Shown here: one piece after another, positions 38,751 to 46,823 of the stretch
How the letters are laid out: each line of letters starts with the position of its first letter
How positions within the stretch are numbered: the stretch's first letter is position 1
Assembly: GCA_964632215.1 (NCBI GenBank)
Contig: CAZWBG010000001.1
Location: 174,589 to 238,588 of the forward strand
Origin: an uncultured Candidatus Saccharibacteria bacterium
Lineage (GTDB): Bacteria > Patescibacteriota > Saccharimonadia > Saccharimonadales > UBA7683
Length of the DNA stretch: 64,000 nucleotides
Direction of reading: 5' to 3'
The notes under the pieces: generated by a model
Told to the model about the DNA's origin: nothing
The model's database searches: none
What the model saw: the letters and a program-made list of their open reading frames with translations, nothing else
Program-made: the position numbers and the translations under genes

Positions 38751-39692
38751 CTATCCGTACCTCTTTAAAAGGGTAGCATCCGATGGAGAAAGTCTGTTCG
38801 GGCGTGACCTGGGGCCACCTTGTGTAAGACTTGCGCTTTTTTCTATTGGATCAAATAAGTGAGGGTGAACATCCATATTTTGAATTGTATCAATATGGGT
38901 ATACAAACTTGACGTACCAGAGATAAATTTTGCGTCAAACTCTAGCTTCAAGAAGTCGAATATCTGAGCGCACACCTTATCAGGGTTCTCTACTAAATCT
39001 TCGTATCTTACATTTAGTTGTCGGCTAGGATCAATCAACGACAGTTGACGATTAATCTTATTTTCTCGGCAGACCCAATTCGTTAATGCTGCGCTGGCCG
39101 TAGAATACCATCCCAACCTTGTATGGGATTCGGCAACATTTCGCCCATCACGTACAAGATGAATAAACTTAGCATTAGGCCACCAAGACGCAAGTTCTGC
39201 TGCTCTCAATCCAAGACTTGAGGTCTTGTCAACTACTTTCGTACGACACCAATTCATACTCAACCTACCGTACAAAAGCATAAGTATTTTCCTTTCGCTA
39301 GGCTCCCTCATACCGAGAGCTTCTTGTAGCAAGGCTTGAGCATCTAGCGGTGGCAACCCCCAGCTTGTAAGAGAGTCACTTATTTCCATCAGAGCTTTTG
39401 CTACTACTCTGGGTTTATATCCTAAATTTACTAACCTTATCGCCTCTCTGAGTAAGGAAACAAAGTGGGATTCACCCGGCATAGCTACATTAGGATGTTC
39501 CATCAAAATACGTCTTAATAAAGTGGTGCCCGATCTTCCTACTCCGACTATAAAAGCGGTGGGAGATACGGGTAGAAGTTTCTTGTTAATCGAAATTGCG
39601 ACTGACTTATCTTCTTCAAGAACAAACCTATCTAATTCATCGCTTTTACCGATCAGTAGTTGGGGTCTTGTAATCATAGTTAAGTCATCCAC
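38751..39692 (-). CDS. Sulfotransferase-family protein
   Basis: 5'-PSB-like loop VGVGRSGTTLLRRIL and 3'-PB-like IHLVRDGRNVAES. Confidence 0.7.
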   Translation of the reverse strand: MDDLTMITRPQLLIGKSDELDRFVLEEDKSVAISINKKLLPVSPTAFIVGVGRSGTTLLRRILMEHPNVAMPGESHFVSLLREAIRLVNLGYKPRVVAKALMEISDSLTSWGLPPLDAQALLQEALGMREPSERKILMLLYGRLSMNWCRTKVVDKTSSLGLRAAELASWWPNAKFIHLVRDGRNVAESHTRLGWYSTASAALTNWVCRENKINRQLSLIDPSRQLNVRYEDLVENPDKVCAQIFDFLKLEFDAKFISGTSSLYTHIDTIQNMDVHPHLFDPIEKSASLTQGGPRSRPNRLSPSDATLLKRYG

Positions 39693-39706
39693 GTCAGGAG
39701 CTAGGA

Positions 39707-40090
39707 CTACAGTGTCGTATCTTTCTTGTAGTTCCTTTTTGCTTCAAGCAACGCCTTATTGCGCTCTTTTTCATCTTCAATTTCAAATATTTCAACAGGA
39801 TATTTCGCAGCTTGCTTTTCGACTTTCTTTTGTATCGTTCTCGGAATATCTATTTCATACCTATCGGCAAATTGAATTGCATATATGAGGATATCAGCAA
39901 GTTCACTTGCCATGTCTTCTTTGCTGCCGAATGATTCATCATGCCACTGAAAATACTCAAGTAGTTCATTTGCTTCAAGCGAAAGTGATACTGCAAGTCC
40001 TCGTGCTGAATTCGTCTTATCCCATTTGCGCGCCTTAACGTGCTGCATGACAAGTGCGTATACCTCTTCGAAAGTTAGTTGTTTTAGCAT
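39707..40090 (-). CDS. MazG-like nucleoside triphosphate pyrophosphohydrolase
   Basis: LSLEANELLEYFQW and ELADILIYAIQFADRYEIDI helices with EExxE/D-type metal ligands. ATG at 40090 is preceded by GGAGG. Confidence 0.75.
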   Translation of the reverse strand: MLKQLTFEEVYALVMQHVKARKWDKTNSARGLAVSLSLEANELLEYFQWHDESFGSKEDMASELADILIYAIQFADRYEIDIPRTIQKKVEKQAAKYPVEIFEIEDEKERNKALLEAKRNYKKDTTL

Positions 40091-40267
40091 TTTTACCTCC
40101 AATATTTCTATCCTCATTCTACCATCAATAACGAAGTTGGTAGCTCAAGCCGACCCTAACCACACCATCTCTGCCGTATATGCCAAGCAAATCATTAGAA
40201 AATCCATTGTCATATTGGGAAATTTATACAAGAGTGAGCAGCTTAGTCACTGTACCGTACTAGGTGA

Positions 40268-40684
40268 TTAGGCCGAGCCATCTGATGGTTCGTCAAGTAG
40301 TGACCGTTGCTCAACCTTGAGGTAGCCAAATATCGCACCATCTGATTTCTCGTCTGCCCATTCGCGAGCCTCTTCCTCAGAATTAGCAGTATGCCACACC
40401 TTACCTTCACGGTCCGAGGCGGAGGCGTACAGGACATCCCAGGGCTGATCTCTGTGTGCTTCTTGGTCTAGACACTCGATCTCTCGCCTGACCCAGGCCG
40501 TAACTGTAGCAAGGGCATCCTTTCGTCTTTGCGAAACTTCCATAGCGGCGAACTCGCTACTGTCTATTTCGCTCTGGGGGATATTTGAGTTGGGGAATAT
40601 TGCAGTCATAGCATCTGCAAATGCTGCTACACGTTGCTCTTCTAGTTCTGCCTCAAGTTGTGTCTCTCCTCTTTCTCTAGTCAT
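40268..40684 (-). CDS. Hypothetical acidic protein (138 aa)
   Basis: The ORF-track start at 40693 is a TTG. ATG at 40684 has TACTAT 8 nt upstream. No family recognised. Confidence 0.5.
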   Translation of the reverse strand: MTRERGETQLEAELEEQRVAAFADAMTAIFPNSNIPQSEIDSSEFAAMEVSQRRKDALATVTAWVRREIECLDQEAHRDQPWDVLYASASDREGKVWHTANSEEEAREWADEKSDGAIFGYLKVEQRSLLDEPSDGSA

Positions 40685-40791
40685 ATGATTCAATAGTATG
40701 ACTCACGAGAACAATATGCAACCATAAGTACTATGCCTATTTGCTTACCAGTACACCTCACCCTTAATTAAGAAGTTCGAAATCAATACAA

Positions 40792-40813
40792 AATAGAGGC
40801 CTCAGCCTCTATT
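40792..40813 (-). terminator. Intrinsic terminator downstream of tRNA-Leu
   Basis: AATAGAGGC-N4-GCCTCTATT followed by TTTG on the minus strand. Confidence 0.7.
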
Positions 40814-40836
40814 AAGACTACTTATCAAAATACTTG

Positions 40837-40921
40837 TGGTACCGCGGAGAGGACTTGAACCTCCACGCCCGAAGGCACTAGCTCCTAAGGCTAGCGTGTC
40901 TACCAATTCCACCACCGCGGC
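40837..40921 (-). tRNA. tRNA-Leu (anticodon TAG), class II with long variable arm and encoded CCA
   Basis: Reverse complement is GCCGCGGTGGTGGAATTGGTAGACACGCTAGCCTTAGGAGCTAGTGCCTTCGGGCGTGGAGGTTCAAGTCCTCTCCGCGGTACCA. Anticodon arm is CTAGC-CTTAGGA-GCTAG, and the T-loop is TTCAAGT. Confidence 0.93.
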
Positions 40922-40952
40922 ATATCTATGTAAAGAGCTCTGTTATTATAAC

Positions 40953-40972
40953 AAAAAAATCGCCATTGGCGA
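40953..40972 (-). terminator. Intrinsic terminator after rsmD; a TGtTATAAT promoter for tRNA-Leu follows at 40953-40945
   Basis: Minus strand has TCGCC-AAT-GGCGA followed by TTTTTTT, then TGTTATAAT (TATAAT at 40950-40945). Confidence 0.6.
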
Positions 40973-40974
40973 GA

Positions 40975-41505
40975 TTAATCTTCAAGTCGGTAGTAGGCCA
41001 GTGCCGCATCACCATAATTTCGATTGTCCACCACAACAACTCCATTAGCGCTCGGCACTGGTTCTCTACCTGGGTATGATAATACCATAAGCCCGTTGTC
41101 CTTTAAATGACTTTTTTGGGCGAAAACTGTGGATAACTGCAAGTCGTTATAGGGCGGATCACAGAAAATAACGTCGAATTTCTTTTCACTATTGGTAGAT
41201 CCCCACGCGTTGGCACTAGCCTTCACTGCCTTCACTTCCGTGGCACCTAATTTCTCAACATTTGCCTTAAGCACCTGGTAGGCTTTTCTGTCTCGTTCTG
41301 TTGCTACTGCCGAGTAGGCGCCTCGGCTGACCGCTTCAATCGCCAAAGAGCCGCTACCAGCAAACACATCCCAAACATCTTTACCCTGCAAACTTCCTAG
41401 GCTATTAAAAAGAGCACTACGAATTCGTTCTCCCATTGGGTGGGTCATGAATCCACGTGGAGTTCTGATAATTCTACTGCCGTATTTTCCAGCAATTACT
41501 CGCAT
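40975..41505 (-). CDS. rsmD: 16S rRNA (guanine966-N2)-methyltransferase RsmD
   Basis: VFAGSGSLAIEAVSRGA SAM motif and FCDPPY. Confidence 0.88.
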   Translation of the reverse strand: MRVIAGKYGSRIIRTPRGFMTHPMGERIRSALFNSLGSLQGKDVWDVFAGSGSLAIEAVSRGAYSAVATERDRKAYQVLKANVEKLGATEVKAVKASANAWGSTNSEKKFDVIFCDPPYNDLQLSTVFAQKSHLKDNGLMVLSYPGREPVPSANGVVVVDNRNYGDAALAYYRLED

Positions 41506-42308
41506 TACTGCGCAGCCTCATCTATAGCTAGAACCCAAGCAACTGTAATACAGCGAGCAATACGCGGTGTAAGCTCTTGGCGGATCTCTCGGCCCAGCTT
41601 GGTAGTCCAACCACGACGTAAGTAGCGTTCATACATATTAAGTTCATAAATAGCCAAAGCATTTTCTTTCAAAAAAGCGTGGTAGCCGATATTACGAGCG
41701 TGTTTAATCTCAGCCTCTGTAGGTAAGCCCTTACGGAGTTTCATCGGTTTGACTACCGTGGAAACACCCCATTCAAAAGTAGCGTGGCTCAGCATTAGAC
41801 CCTTTGCACCCCACATCTTCCAGTTTTTCTGTAAAGTCTGGCGCCGTGTATCACCTTTGATAATTACTTTCTCTTTTACGGAAGTTCGGGTTTCACGACC
41901 CTTTCCACGTAGTGCCAGTAATTTCTCCTCATACGGATAGTGGTGTGGTGGCGTAAGGCCATCGACTATAGCATGAGCCAACCAAGCGGCTTCAAAAGCA
42001 GACTTCTCTTCGTCTTGCTCCCGAAGTTCCTTAACCAGGCCCTTATAGTGACGGTCGATAATCTCCCAAAGTTGGTTGTCGGTATCGTCAGTTGGATCCC
42101 AATAATGCCATGGCTCATCTACGCCTGGGCTCTTTCGCTTAATAGCGTCAGGTCCGTTGTTACCCTCAAAATGTAGCACTAGCTTCGTAGCCGGGAAGTT
42201 ACTCTCAGGGCGCAAAACGCCAATAAACTTACGTGCAACGCGGTCGAACTTTTGGTGAGCACCAATTAAGTTACCTGATTTACCATGAAGGGTGGTTCCA
42301 GAATACAT
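41505..42308 (-). CDS. Hypothetical protein (267 aa); possible His-rich metal-dependent hydrolase, unassigned
   Basis: Conserved-looking His clusters (GAHQKF, AWLAHAIVDGLTPPHHYPYE). No confident family call. Confidence 0.45.
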   Translation of the reverse strand: MYSGTTLHGKSGNLIGAHQKFDRVARKFIGVLRPESNFPATKLVLHFEGNNGPDAIKRKSPGVDEPWHYWDPTDDTDNQLWEIIDRHYKGLVKELREQDEEKSAFEAAWLAHAIVDGLTPPHHYPYEEKLLALRGKGRETRTSVKEKVIIKGDTRRQTLQKNWKMWGAKGLMLSHATFEWGVSTVVKPMKLRKGLPTEAEIKHARNIGYHAFLKENALAIYELNMYERYLRRGWTTKLGREIRQELTPRIARCITVAWVLAIDEAAQ

Positions 42309-42369
42309 ATTAAGTAGTTTACAGTTATATCCTTATATTTAGCAATTATCACAACGCATAAGTTGCACT

Positions 42370-42855
42370 TTAGCGATTATCAGTACAAAAACTTCCACCC
42401 TTTTCAAGCCACCATACAATTGCGTAATTATCCGCACTTGCACCACTACCGGTTGTTCCACCACTTGAGTTACAGATCCGTGGAGATTTATACATAAAAC
42501 TACCTATTTGTGTGGGAGCGCTTCCATCTGTTATAGCATAGGCTACGCCAGTGCTTGGATCTTTCAAATCAGCTAAGTACGTGCTTACAAACGAGTATCC
42601 CTCAGCAGTTGTAACACCGGGTGAGAGAGGGTAGGCACCAGTGATCGTGTTAGCCTTAAAGTTCTCAAGGTCTGCTTGTACACGTTTTAGATCTGCTCGT
42701 CTTTGCGTATCACGGCGATTTACCGATACTTGCTGAAAGGCAAGAAAAGCTAATAGAAATATTAACCCACCAATAGCAAGTACCAACACCACCTCTATTA
42801 ATGTAAAGCCATTCTGGTTACGACCCGTAGTGTGTAGTCTGTTCTTTCTGAACAT
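42370..42855 (-). CDS. Type IV pilin / pseudopilin (prepilin-type N-terminal methylation domain)
   Basis: GFTLIEVVLVLAIGGLIFLLAF class III signal with Glu+5. Start set at ATG 42855 (MFRKNRLHTTGRNQNGFTLIE). Confidence 0.85.
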   Translation of the reverse strand: MFRKNRLHTTGRNQNGFTLIEVVLVLAIGGLIFLLAFLAFQQVSVNRRDTQRRADLKRVQADLENFKANTITGAYPLSPGVTTAEGYSFVSTYLADLKDPSTGVAYAITDGSAPTQIGSFMYKSPRICNSSGGTTGSGASADNYAIVWWLEKGGSFCTDNR

Positions 42856-42961
42856 AGTTATGCTTATCTTAAAGCAATACGGTAGTTTACTCAACAACTC
42901 CCATCAAATCGTTATATTTTTAACAACATATATTGAATAGTCTCTGTGGTCGTTGTTCTGT

Positions 42962-45019
42962 TTAGTTTAAATACGTGAGACTGCGACTTTTTTGAACTCT
43001 TTTTTCTAGCTCAGGATAGTCACTCAGCTTCTCTTTGCCTTTGAGAAAGTCTTGGGCACTCTGGCGAGTTTTTTTGATGAGCTCCATATCTGTAATATTA
43101 GCAATTCTTAGATCTAACTGTCCGTGCTGACGTGTGCCATAAATTGCTCCTGGGCCGCGCAGCTCTAGGTCCATTTCCGCAAGCTTAAAACCATTGTTTG
43201 TGGTTACCATAGCCCGAAGTCGTCGAGAAGGCTTTTGTGAGGTAGATGGCACCAAGTAGCAGTAGCTCTGGTGCACGCTACGTCCAACTCGACCTCGAAG
43301 TTGATGTAGCTGAGCCAAGCCAAACTGATCTGCTCCTTCTATGAGCATAACGCTGGCATTTGGTATATCTATACCTACTTCTATAACCGTTGTGCTCACG
43401 AGAATATCCAGCTCGTGATTGACAAAATCTTGCATGACCTCAGCTTTTTGTTCGTCTTTGAGTTTGCCGTGTAGCACTCCAATTCGACGATGCTTAAACG
43501 GACCTTGCTGCAAACGCTTGAGCTCTTCGTTCACACTTTTCACTTCTGATCCTTCAGAATCGTCTATCAGCGGACAGACTACAAACGCTTGTCGGCCAAG
43601 TTTAATTTGCTCTTCAATCTCATCATAAAGCTGTGCCCGAGAATTAGGCGACCAAATATCAGTTTTAATTGGTAGACGATTATTCGGTTTAGTAGCTATC
43701 AATGATATTTCCAGCTCACCGTAGACCGTTAAAGCTAGTGAGCGCGGGATTGGCGTGGCAGTCATGCTCAATATGTGCGGCACGGCCTCGCCCTTATCTA
43801 CCAGCTTCTGGCGCTGCTTAACCCCAAAACGATGCTGCTCATCAACAATAATCAGCCCGAGGCGCTTAAACGTAACATCATCTTGAATGAGCGAATGTGT
43901 ACCACTGACAATATCTATCTCACCTTTCGCAAGCTGCTCTTTTAGCGTAGTTTTAGCCTTACCTTTTACCGCAGAAGTAAGCAGAGCCACCTTGACACCC
44001 AAAGGTTCTAGAATATCGGCCAGAGTTTTGGCATGCTGACGAGCCAAAAGCTCAGTTGGCGCCATCACCGCTGTTTGAATGCCTTGTTTGGCTGCAATAT
44101 AGGCCCCAAAAGCCGCTACGACGGTTTTACCAGAACCAACATCACCCTCAAGTAGACGGTTCATCGGAGTGATCTTGTCAATATCTTGTAATACCTCCCA
44201 CGCAGCCTTCTTCTGAGCTGGAGTAAGCTCAAATGGCAAGGCAGATACGAATGATTGAGCCATTTTTTCGTCAAACTGTATCTGAAGTGCGGTTTCTGTC
44301 TCAACCTCTTGTTTATTGAGCTGCGCAGCCAAAACATACGCAAATAACTCTTCAAAGCCAATACGCTCACGTGCCTGAGCTAGCTTCTCCTGACTCTCTG
44401 GCCAGTGCATTTGCCGCGCTGCATCTGCGAAACTCATCAACTTATGATCTTTTATAATGTTCGATGGCAATGTTTCAGGCAATTGCTGAAAAAATTGTGT
44501 TACTTCAGCTAGAAACTTACGGATCTCTCGAGAATCGAGCCCTTTGGTTTGCTGATAGATTGGCACAATTCGAGCAGTATTTTTTGTAAAATCTTTAGCC
44601 TCCTCAACCGTTGGGTTTTGCAATATATATCGGTTATAGCTAAAATCGTACAAACCAGAAAAATAGTACTGCTTACCTGCCTTAAAATAAGCCTCGCGGT
44701 ACGGTTGATTGAACCAAACTGTTCTGACCGCAGAGGTTTCATCACGCAGAACTGCTTCAGTAATATGCATACCGCGTCGAACTCGGCGAGTCTTCAGTGC
44801 CTCCACTCGAGCCTTAATGGTTACACCGCCAGGTTTGATATCAGCAATAGCTAGTACTTGCGAGTAATCGTCATATCGACGCGGCCAATCAGTGAGCAGG
44901 TCATAAATAGTGTATACACCAAGCTTATCGAACTTCTTGACTGTCTCTGCACCAACCCCTTTAATAGTTTCAATTAGTAATTTAGTATCCATTACTAACA
45001 GATTATAGACTATTGACAT
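42962..45019 (-). CDS. recG: ATP-dependent DNA helicase RecG (alternative start at 44992)
   Basis: GDVGSGKT Walker A, DEQHRFG and QLRGRVGR motifs, plus an N-terminal wedge domain. Confidence 0.95.
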   Translation of the reverse strand: MSIVYNLLVMDTKLLIETIKGVGAETVKKFDKLGVYTIYDLLTDWPRRYDDYSQVLAIADIKPGGVTIKARVEALKTRRVRRGMHITEAVLRDETSAVRTVWFNQPYREAYFKAGKQYYFSGLYDFSYNRYILQNPTVEEAKDFTKNTARIVPIYQQTKGLDSREIRKFLAEVTQFFQQLPETLPSNIIKDHKLMSFADAARQMHWPESQEKLAQARERIGFEELFAYVLAAQLNKQEVETETALQIQFDEKMAQSFVSALPFELTPAQKKAAWEVLQDIDKITPMNRLLEGDVGSGKTVVAAFGAYIAAKQGIQTAVMAPTELLARQHAKTLADILEPLGVKVALLTSAVKGKAKTTLKEQLAKGEIDIVSGTHSLIQDDVTFKRLGLIIVDEQHRFGVKQRQKLVDKGEAVPHILSMTATPIPRSLALTVYGELEISLIATKPNNRLPIKTDIWSPNSRAQLYDEIEEQIKLGRQAFVVCPLIDDSEGSEVKSVNEELKRLQQGPFKHRRIGVLHGKLKDEQKAEVMQDFVNHELDILVSTTVIEVGIDIPNASVMLIEGADQFGLAQLHQLRGRVGRSVHQSYCYLVPSTSQKPSRRLRAMVTTNNGFKLAEMDLELRGPGAIYGTRQHGQLDLRIANITDMELIKKTRQSAQDFLKGKEKLSDYPELEKRVQKSRSLTYLN

Positions 45020-45041
45020 TTATACGATAATTTGATATAAT
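45013..45041 (+). promoter_or_regulatory. Perfect-consensus sigma70 promoter TTGACA-17 nt-TATAAT driving the plus-strand 45.1-46.8 kb unit
   Basis: TTGACA (45013-45018), a 17-nt spacer and TATAAT (45036-45041). Confidence 0.7.
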
Positions 45042-45102
45042 GTAGATATAGGCACAGGTTGTGTCTATCTGGGAATATCCCAGCACACCTCATGAGGCAA
45101 AT

Positions 45103-45435
45103 ATGCGTACCTGGAATATATTCAAGGGAAGCTTTAGGGATGGTTACCGCAGAGGCTACGCTAGCAACCGACAGGTGGCACCCACGCAGAGCATGAATCC
45201 TGCTGTAATCGATAGAATGCTATGCAAACTAATGGCCACTGGGCGCTTCACGTACCTTGCCGTGACTGCGAGCTCGCACAGCAAAACCAAGTTCGTACAT
45301 GGTGTACTTGACGAGGGTCGTCACTACGCCGAAGGTACTTCTGGCTTGTACAGCTATGTTGTACAGTGCAAGAGCGAAAGCCAGCCAATCACTGAGATGG
45401 TAGCAGAGCAGCTACACGCCATGCTGGAGGTGTGA
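45103..45435 (+). CDS. Hypothetical protein (110 aa)
   Basis: ATG at 45103 is preceded by GAGG 5 nt upstream. The ORF-track GTG at 45061 lies only about 13 nt from the predicted transcription start. Confidence 0.5.
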   Translation: MRTWNIFKGSFRDGYRRGYASNRQVAPTQSMNPAVIDRMLCKLMATGRFTYLAVTASSHSKTKFVHGVLDEGRHYAEGTSGLYSYVVQCKSESQPITEMVAEQLHAMLEV

Positions 45436-45459
45436 CAAGAGCACCCACACCCAGAGTAG

Positions 45460-45602
45460 TCTAGGATCCCGCAAGGGAATTACAGCTGGAACGTCCAGCC
45501 AAGTAGTGTCGACTATGCGAGTCCGCTCTCCTAGATAACGAACCTGAAAACACATTATTGTAGCGAAAGCTACGGTTACACGTGTGAGTAGGGTTCTATT
45601 TT
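45460..45602 (+). ncRNA. Unclassified structured RNA element, copy 1
   Basis: Shares 30-nt and 22-nt identical blocks with copy 2. Helices are TCTAGGA/TCCTAGA, GCTGGA-ACG-TCCAGC, TCCC-GCAA-GGGA, GTAGC-GAAA-GCTAC and GAACC/GGTTC, followed by a T-rich tail. Confidence 0.6.
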
Positions 45603-45706
45603 TATACTATGATATTGCGGTATTCTCATATAAATGATTTAATGCTGTCAGCTAAGTGTTATTCTTGGAGAACCTTAACCGTTACAACCAAAGAAGGAGA
45701 CTTCTC

Positions 45707-46360
45707 GTGTTCACACACTGCACACAGAGACTTTTGCCTAGGTGGTGTTTTCTTATCTACATTGTTGGCGAACTCACTGTTCTAGGATTCTGGCTCATAG
45801 CAGGTCGCATGCCAAGCTCAGACATCTTGAAGGTTGGTGTTGATAGCGGCTGGGTACTTCCATTCGAAGTCCCAGCTGTCTGGGTGCCAGTCGTCATGTG
45901 TCTACCGCTGAGTATCTTGATAATCCTGTTCTTAAACATTGATGAACTACAGCACCGATATGGACTACATCATGAACAGGGAGTAAGCTCTGCGGTGATC
46001 TCAGGATTCATACTGGGTATGTTCAGTATTCCCGTCATCTCACTCACAGGGATTCAGGGAGTACTTATCGGAACAGCTGCTTCAGTTTGTTTCATTCTGT
46101 ATTTTACGAGCACCGCAATTAATAGATGGGGGGATGTTTGGCCGCTCGCCTGGAAGAGCTTTCTTACGGAGCTCACAGCAGTGACAGTGATTTGGCTTTC
46201 GATGACTGCGATAATGGGAGTGGTAGCTGGATTGCTCTATGCACTCTTTGCACTTGTCGTTGCGGCAGTAGTACACTTTGGCATAATTGGCCTGCTATTC
46301 GCGCTCAGAGCTATCACAAAGCTCTTTGTAAGAACTATGCTGGTTTGTAACGTTGAATGA
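45707..46360 (+). CDS. Hypothetical polytopic membrane protein (about 6 TM)
   Basis: GTG at 45707 is preceded by GAAGGAG (45693-45699). The ORF-track GTG at 45656 lacks an RBS. Confidence 0.6.
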   Translation: MFTHCTQRLLPRWCFLIYIVGELTVLGFWLIAGRMPSSDILKVGVDSGWVLPFEVPAVWVPVVMCLPLSILIILFLNIDELQHRYGLHHEQGVSSAVISGFILGMFSIPVISLTGIQGVLIGTAASVCFILYFTSTAINRWGDVWPLAWKSFLTELTAVTVIWLSMTAIMGVVAGLLYALFALVVAAVVHFGIIGLLFALRAITKLFVRTMLVCNVE

Positions 46361-46376
46361 ATAATTCAAGATGACA

Positions 46377-46520
46377 TCTAGGGTCTATAAGCTGGGATTG
46401 TCCCAGTGAAGTAGCGTCGGCTATACTCGTCCGCTCTCCTAGATAACGAACCTGAAAATACATATCGTGGCGATAGCTACGGTTACATGCGAAAGCATAC
46501 GTGTGAGTAGGGTTCTATTT
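46377..46520 (+). ncRNA. Unclassified structured RNA element, copy 2
   Basis: Same architecture as copy 1 with helix-preserving changes: GCTGGGA-TTG-TCCCAGT, GTGGC-GATA-GCTAC, and an extra ATGC-GAAA-GCAT hairpin. Confidence 0.6.
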
Positions 46521-46550
46521 AATTGGCGATGAATTCGATATACTAAAAGT

Positions 46551-46811
46551 ATGCAGAATATTCCTCATGGCTGGGTTAAGCAGAATGAATCTTTAGTATT
46601 TACTCTAAAGTGCCGTGATTTCAGACATGCCCTAATTTTAGTAAATGCCATTGGTGACATTGCCGAAAAAGAGCAACATCACCCTGATATTCAGATACAA
46701 AACTATAATGAACTAACCGTCATCACCTCAACCCATGACGCTAAAGAATTAACCGACAAAGACTACAAGTTAGCTCAAGAAATTACAGACCTACTTAAGA
46801 ACGAAGGTTAG
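46551..46811 (+). CDS. Pterin-4-alpha-carbinolamine dehydratase (PCD/DCoH family)
   Basis: 86 aa with EKEQHHPDIQIQNYNELTV, the hallmark HHPD motif. Confidence 0.85.
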   Translation: MQNIPHGWVKQNESLVFTLKCRDFRHALILVNAIGDIAEKEQHHPDIQIQNYNELTVITSTHDAKELTDKDYKLAQEITDLLKNEG

Positions 46812-46823
46812 ATACAAAAACTT

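Noticed and set aside
40694-40836. Integrase, att-repeat or prophage remnants next to tRNA-Leu.
   Set aside because: No integrase or recombinase ORF and no duplicated tRNA 3' segment were found. The interval holds only a terminator and a promoter, so an island origin remains unproven.
45460-46520. The repeated RNA elements as TPP-type riboswitches. GAACCUGA ... GAGUAGGG resembles the pyrophosphate-sensor half of the TPP aptamer, and the overall order of P2-like stem, hairpin and junction is reminiscent of it.
   Set aside because: The highly conserved CUGAGA junction and the standard P4/P5 loop are absent, and extra hairpins occupy the P5 position. The elements cannot be called canonical TPP riboswitches from sequence alone. 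A divergent thiamine-related variant is not excluded.
45436-46550. The repeats as integron attC sites, given same-orientation short ORFs each followed by a structured repeat, or as RNase P- or tmRNA-like fragments (GAGTCCGC).
   Set aside because: No RYYYAAC / GTTRRRY core pair is present, and the fold is not a single imperfect attC hairpin. No intI-like integrase is nearby. Two tandem copies and the absence of other RNase P or tmRNA conserved regions argue against those RNAs.
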